Below are positions 1 to 11,043 of a stretch of DNA of 64,000 nt, in pieces. The notes beneath the pieces are model-generated. The model was not told where the DNA came from, did not search any database, and saw only the letters and a program-made list of their open reading frames with translations. This DNA is from an uncultured Phycisphaerales bacterium (GTDB lineage Bacteria > Planctomycetota > Phycisphaerae > Tepidisphaerales > Tepidisphaeraceae). The first letter of the stretch is position 1, and each line of letters starts with the position of its first letter. The stretch spans positions 256,001-320,000 of the forward strand of contig CAWJPJ010000005.1 of NCBI GenBank assembly GCA_963844715.1, read 5' to 3'. The translations under genes were made by a program, and so were the position numbers.

Positions 1-929
1 GCGTACAGCCTGCTATTTTTATTTCCTGATCGAATGGAAGCGTGCCGGGACCCTTGGGGGGTCAGGCCGCTGGTTATCGGGAAGTCTGCGCGATGAACTA
101 TGGTGCATCGCCAGCGAGACCTGCGCGTTTGACGCGGTGGGCGCGACGTATGTGCGGGAAGTGGAGCCGGGGGAAATCGTGCGCGTCGATGCCCACGGCC
201 TGCATAGCCGCACATTTGAGCCTCCGGCGCAATCGATGGCGATGTGCGTGTTTGAGCACGTCTATTTTTCCAATCCCGCGAGCAAGATATTCGGGCAGAC
301 CGTGCACGTGGTTCGACAGGCGTTGGGCAAACAATTGGCCATCGAATGCGCCGGTCGCGGCGGATTACGTGATGCCGATGCCGGATAGCGGGCGCTCAGC
401 GGCGATGGGGTTTGCGAAGCAATCGGGCATTCCGCTCGAAGAGGGGATCGTTCCGAATCGGTTCGTTGGGCGGACGTTTATTCTGCCGAAGCAAGTGGAT
501 CGGGATCGGGCCGTGGCGCTGAAGTTGAACATTATCCCGGACGTGGTGAATGAAAAGCGGATCGTCATCGTCGAGGATTCGGTGGTGCGCGGGACCACTA
601 CGCGATCCAAAATGTGCGCCATCCGGTCGGCGGGGGCGAGGGAAATTCATTTGCGCGTTTCCTGCCCGCCGATCCGCCACCCCTGTTTTTATGGGATCGA
701 CTTCCCGACCAAAGAGGAACTGATCGCGCATGAGCGAACCGTGCATCAGATCAGGGATTTCCTCGAAGTGGATAGTCTTGCGTATCTTTCGCTGGACGGC
801 ATGCTGTCGTGCATGAAGTTCCCGCGCGATCATTATTGCACGGCGTGCTGGAGCGGCGAATACAAAATCCCCATCGATCAGCCTCACAGCAAGTTCAGCT
901 TCGAACGCGATCAACTCAGAATGTTCTGA
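1..929 (+). CDS. purF: Amidophosphoribosyltransferase, 5'-truncated by window edge, frameshifted (~90, ~350)
   Basis: Motifs [49 protein letters not shown] and YCTACWSG spread over ORFs 137..388 and 42..929. Confidence 0.95.
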
Positions 930-1093
930 AGTTGCCCAGCCTGATCCAGTGAAATGGACGTGCTGGCGGCCATTATCGGGCCTACTGACTGGGTAGGATT
1001 CCTCGGCCGGCTCCTCATTTCCGCTACATCCTCTCCCGATATCAAAATATAGCGGTTCGGGCGCTTCCGAGCCGCGGTCGATATCTTTTTGGA

Positions 1094-3159
1094 TTGATCG
1101 AGGCTGGATTGCCGACGCCGATTCCACAACATTCCGGCATTCTTCGCGAACAGGAGAGTGTTGACTCGTCCGCCCGCGCGGCATACGCGGATCTGGCGCG
1201 TCTGGCGGCGGAAATTTGCGGGATGTCGGCGTCGATCATCTGCCTTGTGGACGGGGAATGCCAGTGCGTTGAGTCCGCCCACGGGATGGACGCGATTCGC
1301 ACGGCGGACGTGGCTCCCTTCAATCAAGTGACGGCGCTGGGCCACGGGCCCCTGGTCGTGAACGACGCCCTGAACGATGAAAGATTTTCGGGCAAGGTGG
1401 GAGATATTCGGTTCTATGCGGGCGTGCCGCTCCAGGACAGCGACGGGGCGATTCTGGGGGCGTTGTGCGTGGTCGACTATCACCCGCGTTCGCTGGCGCT
1501 GCCGCAGATCGAATGGCTGCGGCTGCTCAGCCGGCAGGCGGTAAAACTGATCGAATGCGGCCGCGCGGCGGTCGCGCTCGAAGAGGCGCGCCGCGCCGCG
1601 GAGGCGGCCAATCAAGCCAAGAGCACCTTCCTGGCGAACATGAGCCATGAAATTCGCACACCGATGACCGCAATCGTCGGGTATGCGGACCTGATGCTCG
1701 ATCCGGATCAGGATGCGAAAGATCGCGGGCAGTGCCTGCAAGTCATCCGCCGCAACGGACAGCATCTTCTGGAACTGATCGGGGACATTCTCGATCTGGC
1801 GAAACTCGAAGCCGGCAGAATCGCGGCGCGAAAGAGCGAATGCGATCTCGCGGCCTTGATGGCGGATGTCGCTTCGCTGATGACGGCGCGGGCCCGCACC
1901 AAGGACCTGACGCTGAAATTCGAGGTCAGCCCCCCGACGCCCAGGCATATCCGAACCGATACGTTGCGCTTGAAGCAAATTCTTCTGAATCTGGTCGGGA
2001 ACGCGATCAAGTTCACCGACAAGGGCGAAGTCGTCATCCGGATCAACCACGATTTGACGGAACACGGGCGCGGAACGCTGCGAGTGGAAGTGATCGACAC
2101 GGGAATCGGGATGTCGCAGGAGCAGCTTGCCGTGCTGTTCCAGCCGTTCACGCAGGGGGATACGACCCCGGCGCGGCGTCATGGCGGGAGCGGGCTGGGC
2201 CTGACCATTGCGCGCCGGCTGGCGCGAATTCTCATCGGGGACATTACCGTCCGCTCCAAGGAAGGGGTCGGGAGCATCTTCACGCTGATGATCGACAGCG
2301 GAAGCAATAACGAACATCGCGGGGAATTCATCGTCGAGATGATCCAGTCCTTCCGGGCCGAGGAGGCCCTGGAAGCGGAGAAATTGCCGCGGCTGGCGGT
2401 GCGCGTGCTTCTGGCCGAGGACGGCCGGGACAATCAGCGATTGATCCGGACATTGCTCACTCGCGCCGGCGCGGACGTGCAGATCACCGACAACGGGCGC
2501 GACGCGGTCGATCTGGCGTTGCATGGGGATTTCGATCTCGTGGTCATGGACATGCAGATGCCGCGGCTGGATGGATATGGCGCGGCGAATGAATTGCGGC
2601 GGCGCGGTTTCGTGCGGCCGATCATCGCCCTGACCGCGCACGCAATGGCGGACGACCGGGACCGGTGCCTGCGAGCGGGATGCGACGATTATCTCAGCAA
2701 GCCGGTGAACAAGGACGATCTGCTGCTGACGCTGGCGGCGCACATTGCGGGGGAGAAGCCGCAGCGTCGGGTTTTGCGCGAGGCCGCTCGGGCCGCCGCG
2801 GTTGCGGCCACGGTTGCCGCCACGCCGGCCGAAGGACAGCGTCTGTCCAGCACATATGCGGACGATCCCGACATGATCGACGCGATTGCGCAGTTCATCG
2901 AGGAACTGCCGCACCAGGTCGACGAAATACAACAGCTTTTGATAGAAGCCAATCTTCCCCAATTGCAAGTGAAGGTCCACCAGCTCAAGGGAGCGGGGGG
3001 GGATATGGCTTTGAGGAGATCACCCGCCTGGCTGGGGCGGCTGAACAGTCCATCAAAGACAGTCGTGGGGCAACAGAGGTGCGCACGAATGTGGAATCGC
3101 TTCTGGCGACGATTCGGCGCATCGAAGGTTTTAAGGAGTCCCCCCTGCCCGGGGTGTAA
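1094..3159 (+). CDS. Hybrid sensor histidine kinase (GAF-HisKA-HATPase-REC-Hpt), frameshift in G-run ~2995-3002
   Basis: GAF 'IRFYAGVPL', H-box '[13 protein letters not shown]', '[10 protein letters not shown]', 'GGSGLGL', REC '[10 protein letters not shown]', Hpt 'HQLKGAGG' continuing as '[14 protein letters not shown]' in ORF 2665..3159. Confidence 0.92.
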
Positions 3160-3180
3160 TGGGCAGATCGGAATAATGCC

Positions 3181-4098
3181 ATGGCGCAAAAAGTGCTGCT
3201 GATAGACGACTCGCCGCAAATCCACACGCTGGTGCGAGCGCGTCTGGCTGGGGAACCGATCACCGTCCACTCGGCGCAAAGCAGCTCCGAGGGGCTTGCG
3301 ATGGTCAAGGAACTGATGCCGGACCTGATTCTTCTGGACGTGGACATGCCCGATCCGGACGGATTCGAGGTTTGCCGGCGTCTCAAGGCGGACTCGGCGA
3401 CGCACGGAATTCCCGTGGTCTTCCTGACCGGGGCCAGTTCTCCGGACGAGCGGATTTTCGGCCTCGAATTGGGGGCGGTGGACTATGTGACCAAGCCCTT
3501 CAATCCCGCGGAACTGCGGGCTCGCGTGCGGGCCTCGCTGAGAACCAAATATCTCATGGACCTACTGGCCAAGCGCGCCCAGATCGATGGATTAACCGGG
3601 CTGTGGAACCGGACGCATTTCGAAGAGCGGCTGAAGCAGGAGCAATCCCTGAGCAGTCGGACGGGGCATTCGCTGAGCTGCATCATGGCCGACGTGGATC
3701 ATTTCAAGTCCATCAACGACACCTACGGGCATCCGTTCGGCGACGAAGCGCTGCGTGGGATCGCCGGTGTGCTGAGCGACGTGGGCCGCACGGAGGACAT
3801 CATTTGCCGGCTCGGCGGCGAGGAATTCGTGATTCTGTGTCCGAACACTCCGATTACGGGAGCGGCCCGGATGGCCGAGCGCTGCCGGGAAGCGATTCTG
3901 AACATGAGCCTGATGCACCAGGGGAAACCGGTGCGGGTGACCTGCAGTTTCGGGGTCGCCGAGCAGGGCTGCGAGCCTTCGATGATCGACGCCGCCGACA
4001 AAGCGCTCTACGAAGCCAAGCGAGAGGGCCGGGATCGCGTGGTGACCAAGTGCCCGTGCGAATCCAGCAAACCGGCGACGTCGGGTCCGCCCGCCTAA
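3181..4098 (+). CDS. Response-regulator diguanylate cyclase (REC-GGDEF)
   Basis: REC 'LLDVDMP', 'DGLTGLWNR', '[14 protein letters not shown]', GGEEF active site preceded by RTED I-site. Confidence 0.95.
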   Translation: MAQKVLLIDDSPQIHTLVRARLAGEPITVHSAQSSSEGLAMVKELMPDLILLDVDMPDPDGFEVCRRLKADSATHGIPVVFLTGASSPDERIFGLELGAVDYVTKPFNPAELRARVRASLRTKYLMDLLAKRAQIDGLTGLWNRTHFEERLKQEQSLSSRTGHSLSCIMADVDHFKSINDTYGHPFGDEALRGIAGVLSDVGRTEDIICRLGGEEFVILCPNTPITGAARMAERCREAILNMSLMHQGKPVRVTCSFGVAEQGCEPSMIDAADKALYEAKREGRDRVVTKCPCESSKPATSGPPA

Positions 4099-4169
4099 AT
4101 AGCAGACCGCGATTCAGCGACCCCGAATTTAGCGGCCCCGCTTGCGGGGCGTATCCTTCGATGTGCCGG
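4096..4169. repeat. REP-like palindromic intergenic element, copy A
   Basis: AGACCGCGATTCAGCGAC...AGCGGCCCCGCTTGCGGGGCGT..CTTCGATGT.CCGG; related copy at 18275-18357; hairpin GCCCCGC-TT-GCGGGGC. Confidence 0.8.
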
Positions 4170-4185
4170 AATCATGGTCCCCCAT

Positions 4186-5545
4186 TTAGTGGAACGCGTC
4201 GATAGGCACGTTTGCCTTTTCGAACATCGCTCTTAACCTGCATTCCCAGGAGTGATCTTTGATCACTCGAGCGCAGCCGCTTGCGCCATACGTTCCCGGC
4301 GATTGGGGTCATCAAGCAGGCTTTGGACGATTTCGCGCGCTTCGCGCGGGTTGTGAAAGACCTCGATTTCCTTGCCTACCTCGAATGCCTCGGGCAGTCC
4401 GACGCAGTCGTTGTGAATCATGGCGGAGCCGCATGAGGCGAGTTCAAACGTTTTGGCCGTCAATCCCTCCTCATCCCAACCGGCAACGGCATCGAACCCG
4501 ACTCTCCCCCTGGCGACAAATTCGGGTATGCGTGCAAAATCGACCCACTGGCCGTTGGCCGCTTGGTCGGCGGGGTCGCCGACATGGGACCATTTCCCGC
4601 CAAAGACGGCGACGCGGAAATATTTGCTGAGATAAGCGAGATAGAAATGCCGCTGCCATTTGCGAAAGGCGTAAAGGATGTCGGCGGCCTTGAAGTAGGT
4701 CGGAAACATGGCCGCGAGCCACCAGGATGCCATGGGAAATTCGTCCGTGAGCGCGGGCAAATGGCGAGCCAGAGCTTGGTCGGGTTTAGCAAGTTTCAAT
4801 TCGATGGCCCGGCGCGACCAGGCGGTTAGCTCGGGGCGAAGCGAGGGATTGGCCTCTTTTTCCCACAACTCGCTCAACTGGGACTCGACCTGTTTGGCCA
4901 CGATGCGGTTGATTTCCTGCGGATCGGGGTCGTCCTGCTCGAGAAAAGGCAGGATCCAATCGGGAAGCGTGACGTCGTTGCCGTATATCGCGATGAGATC
5001 GTAATCCGGCTTCATTGCCGGTGCGGGGCGAGGATTTTGGGGTCAGCGGCGCATCCTACGGCGTGGCAATTGGGCCAGCCGAGAATCCTGCCGATTTCCC
5101 AGGCGTGGGCCTCGTTCTTCAGGAAGTGATATTGATTGGCAGACCTAAAAGCGGCTTGAACTTCGGGGCGAAGGGCATCCTTATTGTTGACCCATTGGGG
5201 ATGATCGGCCCAGAAGACGAATTGGCGGACTCCGCGAACCTCGAAGAAATTGCGATAAGCGCCGGGCCATTCCTGGTCGACGGGCAAGATCGTGGCGCCG
5301 TTGGTGGCATAGTTCAAAACCAGACCGATTTTCCGCTGGATCAAGACGCTGTTCATCTGCTGGACGGCCGCGGCGGGATCGACCTTCACCGATTCGAGGA
5401 GTTGGTCGAGTTCCAGGAAGACATGGCGCAACCCCATTGCGACGGCGGCGTTTCCCAATCCCGCCAGCCACCACCGGCTCATCCGCCCGCCATTTAAAAT
5501 GGTGAGCATGGTCCGGCCGGGCGCAATGGTCTGAAGTTCAGGCAC
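4186..5545 (-). CDS. CgeB-like glycosyltransferase family protein, frameshifted (~5013, ~4270)
   Basis: 'KTFELASCGSAMI', 'FEVGKEIEVF', 'LLDDPNRRERMAQAA' and, in another frame, 'KDHSWECR' before the stop at 4186. Confidence 0.7.
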
Positions 5546-6713
5546 GTAAACGGCTCTGAACGTTGTCCAAAACGTTCATGAAATTGATGTAGCTGTCGTA
5601 CGGGCTTTCGTAGGGGCTGAAATATTTGTGGACATCGCCGTCGGCCCAATACTTCGTGCACATGTAATAGAAGTGATCGCTGGTCGTCAGCCGGCGCCAA
5701 TCGGTCAGGAGCTGCTCGTCCCCTTTTTCCTTGAGCGGACCTTCGAGTTTGTAGAGTTCATGGAGGGCGTTGGACTGCATAGCGTTGCCCAGCCAGGCGG
5801 AAAGATCGCGTTCCATGTCGGCCCAGGAAATCATGTGCGGGACGTCGATCTCGCCGACGGCATCATACTTGTCGATGACCTGGCTGGGGGTGAGAAAATT
5901 ATTGTCGGGATGTTCCATGATCTTGCCGGGCAAGTGGCGGATGAAATCAAATATGCCGGTGTCCGCCCATTGATGCTCGCCGAAGGTTTCGTAATCCATG
6001 AAAAGATTGCACAGAAAGCCGTTGCCGTTGATCTGGTTGACCCAGCCGGCGAATTTTTCAGCAGTAAGGGGCCACTGCTCCCAGGCGCGGTTCGAAAAGC
6101 GGAATGCGATGTCGTCGCTTAGTCGGTAGTTCTTCAGCAGCAGCTTTGTCTTGGGGGCGTGGGGCGGTCGGTAGACGAAATTGGGGGAGCGATAGCCGAG
6201 AATAAAATCGGCGCCCTCGGTGAGGATCGCCTCATAGCCCATGTGGCTGATGAAATGGGCCAGATCGTTGTTGTAAATCAATTCGGTATTGCGGAAGACC
6301 CGGGGTTCCTGGCCGAAGAGGTGCTTGATGTATTTGCGATGCTGCTCGATCTGGGCTCGAAATTCCTCGCGGGAATAGAGGAACGCCAGGGAGTGGTAAT
6401 AGGTTTCGTCAAGAAATTCAACGCACCCGGTCTGGTTGAGCTGATGGAACGAATCCATCACCTCGGGACAGTAAAGGGAGAACTGCTCGAGGGCGGCTCC
6501 CGTGACGGAATAGGCAATGCGAAAGCGGCCTTCGTGGACGCGGATGGTCTCCAGCAGCGTGTTGTTGGCGGGGAGATAGCACTTGTGAGCGACCTTGCGG
6601 CAGATCTCGGCGTTTTTGTGTTCATCAAAATAGTGCCGATCGGTGTCGAAAACGCTGTAGCGCCGAAGCCTGAACGGCTGGTGGATCTGAAAATAGAAGC
6701 AGACCGATGCCAT
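5538..6713 (-). CDS. Glycoside hydrolase family 57 (alpha-amylase-like)
   Basis: 'YFQIHQPFRL', 'ETYYHSL', 'FRNTELIY', 'FMDYETFGEHQW', 'TSDHFYYM'; ATG at 6713. Confidence 0.93.
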   Translation of the reverse strand: MASVCFYFQIHQPFRLRRYSVFDTDRHYFDEHKNAEICRKVAHKCYLPANNTLLETIRVHEGRFRIAYSVTGAALEQFSLYCPEVMDSFHQLNQTGCVEFLDETYYHSLAFLYSREEFRAQIEQHRKYIKHLFGQEPRVFRNTELIYNNDLAHFISHMGYEAILTEGADFILGYRSPNFVYRPPHAPKTKLLLKNYRLSDDIAFRFSNRAWEQWPLTAEKFAGWVNQINGNGFLCNLFMDYETFGEHQWADTGIFDFIRHLPGKIMEHPDNNFLTPSQVIDKYDAVGEIDVPHMISWADMERDLSAWLGNAMQSNALHELYKLEGPLKEKGDEQLLTDWRRLTTSDHFYYMCTKYWADGDVHKYFSPYESPYDSYINFMNVLDNVQSRLRA

Positions 6714-6936
6714 AGGTCGTTGGGTTGCCAGTATACGCGCAAGGGGATGGGAATCTATGGGGGGCCAAAACGCATTGATGGCCGATAATCTTGCGCCGCG
6801 CTCATGGATCGGCAAACGGATCGTGGCCTGGATTCGTCGGGAACCGCGCGCCTTCTCGAGCGCGTGGCAGTCCATATCGCGGTTTCTCGATTCGCGCCGC
6901 ACCAAGCCAGTGTTAGAACAACTACAGGAATACCCG

Positions 6937-7275
6937 ATGGACGCGACGCCGCCTGCAAATCCGAATCAAGAAACCGACGCTCGCGCCGCGGCGGGGGCCG
7001 GTTCTGATCGCGTGCCCGAACCTCTCTTGCGAAAACTGCACGAAGCGATAACCCGGTTTCATGACGCTCGCGTCAAACTTGAATCGAGCATGGACCTGCC
7101 CGAGTACGACCGTCAGGAGCGGGTGAATGAGAGCGAAGAGGTCCTCCGCCAGGCTGAGCAGGAACTCGAAAAAATCGACAAAGAAATTGAGCAAACTCTT
7201 AGCCCCGAGGTCGTAAGACAGCTTAAAGCAAGTGATGAAATGCCGCCCGTTTCGCCGAATCCAGTGGCCGAATAA
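6937..7275 (+). CDS. Hypothetical coiled-coil protein
   Basis: ATG at 6937 after AGGA; helical Glu-rich sequence within ORF 6757..7275. Confidence 0.55.
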   Translation: MDATPPANPNQETDARAAAGAGSDRVPEPLLRKLHEAITRFHDARVKLESSMDLPEYDRQERVNESEEVLRQAEQELEKIDKEIEQTLSPEVVRQLKASDEMPPVSPNPVAE

Positions 7276-7291
7276 TTCACGGGGGTTCTAT

Positions 7292-8152
7292 TTACCGGGC
7301 GGACGTCCGAGCGCGTGTGAAGTACCGGACAGAGAGATTGAGGACGAAGATGATCCCGATGAGGACGAGGATGCCCGCCCAGGCGAGGCGTTTTTGCTCG
7401 GGGTAGGGCCCCGTGGCGTAGGTAAAGACCTGCACGGTCAGCGAGGGGAATGGCCGGGCGGGATTCCACTCAACAAAACGACTGCTGAGGGCCGTGAAGA
7501 GGAGGGGTGCGGTTTCGCCCGCCACGCGGGCAACGGCGAGCATGACGCCGGTGACAATGCTGCCTGTGGCGGAGGGGATGATCACATGAAGAATAGTGCT
7601 CGCTTTAGTTGCGCCTAGCCCGATGGAGGCCTCGCGATAGCTATTGGGGACGAGACGGAGCATTTCTTCCGTGGTTCTGGCCACAATCGGGATCATGATG
7701 AACGCCAAAGCGCCCGCGCCGGCGTAGCCGTTGTACCCGCCGAGGGGAACGACCAGGAGTTCGTAGCCAAGAATTCCGACGACGATGCTGGGGACACCGG
7801 CGAGCACGTCGCTGATGAACCGCACAGGACCGTTGAGTACCGAATCATCGTCGTATTCGGAAAGGTAGATTCCGGCAAGCATTCCGATGGGGATGCCGAC
7901 TATGCTGGCCATGAAGATGAGGAAGGTGGTCCCAAATATCCCGTTTTTCATTCCACCGGGTGCGCCCGCCATGCCGATCGGAATGGGCTCCTTGGTGAAG
8001 AAGGCGACATTCAGGGAGCTGAAGCCCAGGGAGAGGAGATAGCCAGTGATGAGCACTAAAAGGGCGACGATGAGACTGGCGAAGGCAATGCAAACCAGCA
8101 GCATGATGTCGCTGCGGATATAGGAGAAGCGATTATGGAGGGTTCTGGCCAT
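7292..8152 (-). CDS. pstA: Phosphate ABC transporter permease PstA
   Basis: 'GIYLSEY', 'LAGVPSIVVG', 'REASIGLGAT', 'ARVAGETAPLLFT'. Confidence 0.95.
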   Translation of the reverse strand: MARTLHNRFSYIRSDIMLLVCIAFASLIVALLVLITGYLLSLGFSSLNVAFFTKEPIPIGMAGAPGGMKNGIFGTTFLIFMASIVGIPIGMLAGIYLSEYDDDSVLNGPVRFISDVLAGVPSIVVGILGYELLVVPLGGYNGYAGAGALAFIMIPIVARTTEEMLRLVPNSYREASIGLGATKASTILHVIIPSATGSIVTGVMLAVARVAGETAPLLFTALSSRFVEWNPARPFPSLTVQVFTYATGPYPEQKRLAWAGILVLIGIIFVLNLSVRYFTRARTSAR

Positions 8153-8156
8153 GAGC

Positions 8157-9273
8157 TTATGCGGCGCGGGCGCCGCGTGAGTCTTTTCCGCCTACGACAA
8201 GCCATCTGGCGACGACATTGAAAAGCAGGGACATCAGCAGCAGGATCAGGGCGACTTCGCAAAGGGCCGAGCGGTGCAGATCGGTGCTGGCTTCGGAGAA
8301 TTCATTGGCGAGCAGGCTGGACATCGTTTGGGCGGGGGCGAAAAGCGAGGCGCGGATCTGGTTGTTATTTCCGATGACCATGGTGATGGCCATGGTTTCC
8401 CCGGCAGCCCGGGCGAGGCCCAGCATGACAGCGCCGAAGAGCCCCGAGCGGCTGAATTTAAGCATTTCCTTGCAGCTTTCCCACCAAGTGGCGCCCAGGG
8501 CAACCGTGCCTTCGATTTCGGCGCGGGGGACCTGGCGCAAGACGTCGCGGCTAATGGCGGTGATGATGGGGAGGATCATGATCGCCAGCACAAGGCTGCC
8601 GGTGAGCATGTCGCGCCGAGTCAGGGGAATCGGGTGCGAAAAAACGTGGTTTCCAATTTTCAGCGGCTCGGTGAAGAGCCACCCCATCGCAGGGACGTGG
8701 AGCAAAAGTCTCTTGACCATCGGATCGAAATGATCGGCCATAAAGGGCGCGAGGACGAAGAGCCCCCACAGGCCGTAGGCGATGCTGGGAATAGCCGCGA
8801 GGAATTCGATGAGGAATGAGACGATGGGGACCAGAAACGTCGGGGCGACGCGGACGAGGAAAATGGCCGAGCCCAGACTAAGTGGGATGGCAAAGAGCAG
8901 AGCGAGAGTGGAACTGACCGCTGTGCCATAGATGACCGGGAGATGCGCCGAACGTCGGCGGGAGGGTCTCCATGATGACGTTGCCGTCGGAATCCATCAT
9001 CACGTGGCCCTGGGCGTCGCGCTGGGGGCGATCCAGTTCATTGGGCCGCCATTCGCTCGTGGTGAAGAATTTGAAGCCGAATTCGTGCATGCTCTGGCGG
9101 GCGGCGTAAAAAAGCACCACCAGAAGCGACGCGAGCATGAGGAGAATGATGACGCCGCTGGCACGGGCGAGATTGGCCAGGACGAAATCCGCGTCGAGGA
9201 ATTTTCGGCGCGTGGAGATGAAGGAGCCCGGAGGGGCGGGCGAGGCGTAAGGAATGGTGTCGGGCGTGCTCAA
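8157..9273 (-). CDS. pstC: Phosphate ABC transporter permease PstC, frameshifted (~8935)
   Basis: 'FLIEFLAAIPSIAYGLWG', 'MILPIITAISRD', 'LARAAGETMA'; N-terminus in ORF 8878..9273. Confidence 0.92.
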
Positions 9274-9291
9274 AATGGACCTTAAGAAAAA

Positions 9292-9316
9292 CGCCCACGG
9301 CAGCCGCCGTGGGCAT
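9292..9316. repeat. GC-rich hairpin between pstS and pstC (REP-like or mRNA-stabilising)
   Basis: GCCCACGGC-AGCC-GCCGTGGGC inverted repeat, followed by a T-run on the minus strand. Confidence 0.6.
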
Positions 9317-9341
9317 TGCGCCAGAACTGATCCGGGACCGC

Positions 9342-10418
9342 TTATTTTGCCCCGGCGGGCTTGATCGCGTCGCCGCCGTAGGTGAGGCCGCCCAACGCGT
9401 CTTCGATTTTTGCGGTCACCTTCTGTCCCAGCGGAGCGTAATCGAGATCGGTATTGAACTTTTGCCCATCATGTTCAGCCCACCAGAGGAAATCAACCAG
9501 GCCCTGGGCCTGATCCTTGCTCTTGATGTTGTTGAGGTCCTTGTAAATGATGAGATAGGTGAGGGAAGAGACCGGATAGGTGGTGTCGCCGTCCTGATTC
9601 CAGATGTTGGCGGCGAGCATTTGCCCCGTCATGCCGTCGGCGGCGCCCTCAGCGGCGGCGGAGACAGCGTCCGGGGTCGCCTTGACGAATTTGCCGGCTT
9701 TATTTTTCACCGAGCCATAGGTGATGCTGTTCTTGTCGGCATAGTTCTCCTCGACGTAGCCGATAGCGCCGGCGGTCTGTTGGACGATGGCGGCGACGCC
9801 CGGGTTGCCCTTGCCGCCCTGACCCACGGGCCACTGGACTTGCTTGCCAGTGCCAATCGACCCTTTGAAGTCATCGCTCTGGGAGGCAAGGTAATTGGTC
9901 CAGACGTAGTTGGTGCCGCTGCCGTCGGTTCGCCAGGCGCAGGTGATGGCGGTTGCCGGGAGATTGACCCCGGGGTTCATCGCGGCAATGCGCGGATCGT
10001 TCCACATCGAGACCTTCCCCATGTAGATGTCGGCCAGAAGGGGGCCGTCGAAATTGAGGTCGGTGATTCCAGGCAGATTAAAGGCCGGCACGACCGCCCC
10101 CGCGCAAGAGGGGATTTCGATGAGATTGTCCGCGCCGCCGGCTTTTTCGATTTCACCCTTGCTCATCGGTGCGTCGGAGCCGGCGAAGTCGACGACTTTA
10201 TCGGTGATGTCCTTGATGCCTTTGCCCGACCCGCCGCCGCCGTAGTCGATTTTCACGTCGGGGTGGAGGTTCTGATATTCCTTGCACCAGCGTTCATATA
10301 GAGGCTGGGGGAAAGTGGCCCCCGCGCCAGTGAGAGAGACGTCCGCGGTCGCGATACCCGCCAGGCCGAGGATTGCGGTCAGCGCCGCGGCCGCGGCGAA
10401 TTTTGCTATTCGATTCAC
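9342..10418 (-). CDS. pstS: Phosphate ABC transporter substrate-binding protein PstS
   Basis: Signal peptide after GTG at 10418; 'GAGATFPQPLY', 'GSGKGI', 'DFAGSDAP', 'RTDGSGT', 'GGKGNPGVA'. Confidence 0.95.
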   Translation of the reverse strand: MNRIAKFAAAAALTAILGLAGIATADVSLTGAGATFPQPLYERWCKEYQNLHPDVKIDYGGGGSGKGIKDITDKVVDFAGSDAPMSKGEIEKAGGADNLIEIPSCAGAVVPAFNLPGITDLNFDGPLLADIYMGKVSMWNDPRIAAMNPGVNLPATAITCAWRTDGSGTNYVWTNYLASQSDDFKGSIGTGKQVQWPVGQGGKGNPGVAAIVQQTAGAIGYVEENYADKNSITYGSVKNKAGKFVKATPDAVSAAAEGAADGMTGQMLAANIWNQDGDTTYPVSSLTYLIIYKDLNNIKSKDQAQGLVDFLWWAEHDGQKFNTDLDYAPLGQKVTAKIEDALGGLTYGGDAIKPAGAK

Positions 10419-10520
10419 GTTTCCTAGCTCCTTCCCAAAGTGTGGTTCCGCCCCCAAGGGTGCGAAGATGGTAAAAGTGGATTGTTTGCGCCGCATTAAG
10501 ATTGGGTATGCCAGGATACA

Positions 10521-11033
10521 ATGCTTCGGATGGCCGGACTGCGCGGACTCTCCGACGAGCAACTTCTCAGCCGGTGCCGAGTCGAGGCATATCGCGGCCC
10601 CGGGCCCGGTGGGCAGAAAAGGAATAAGACCTCGTCGGCGGTGCGGATTACCCACGAGGCCACCGGTTTCAGCGCGATCGCGGGCGAATCCCGGTCGCAG
10701 AGTCAGAATAAGTCGAAGGCATTGCGGAGATTGCGATTGAAGCTGGCGCTCGGTGTTCGGGAAGAATGGAAGGGTCAGAAAGTAAATCTTGGCGTATCGC
10801 CGCGATCGGAGGATTTTTTTGAAGTGATGGGTGCGGTGCTGGATGCGCTGGCGGAATCGCAGTGGAGTTTGTCCGTCGCGGCCGCGAAGATGGGGACCAC
10901 TACGGCACAGTTGGGCAAGTTTTTGCGCAGGGATGGGGATGTGTTGGAGGACGTAAACCAACAGGCGCGGGGCGTGGGCTTAAGCGGCTGGCGTGAAATG
11001 ATTTATCTTGGCGTCCAAAGCGCCTGCTTTTAG
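10521..11033 (+). CDS. Peptide chain release factor-like (RF-1/ArfB-type GGQ domain) protein
   Basis: 'RGPGPGGQKRNKTSSAVRITHEATG...ESRSQSQNKSKALRRLR'. Confidence 0.85.
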   Translation: MLRMAGLRGLSDEQLLSRCRVEAYRGPGPGGQKRNKTSSAVRITHEATGFSAIAGESRSQSQNKSKALRRLRLKLALGVREEWKGQKVNLGVSPRSEDFFEVMGAVLDALAESQWSLSVAAAKMGTTTAQLGKFLRRDGDVLEDVNQQARGVGLSGWREMIYLGVQSACF

Positions 11034-11043
11034 AATTTCGCGG

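Noticed and set aside
911..2980. 689-aa minus-strand ORF and similar long antisense ORFs (e.g. 9309..10301, 53645..54508)
   Set aside because: Shadow ORFs opposite well-supported genes in high-GC DNA; no recognisable motifs
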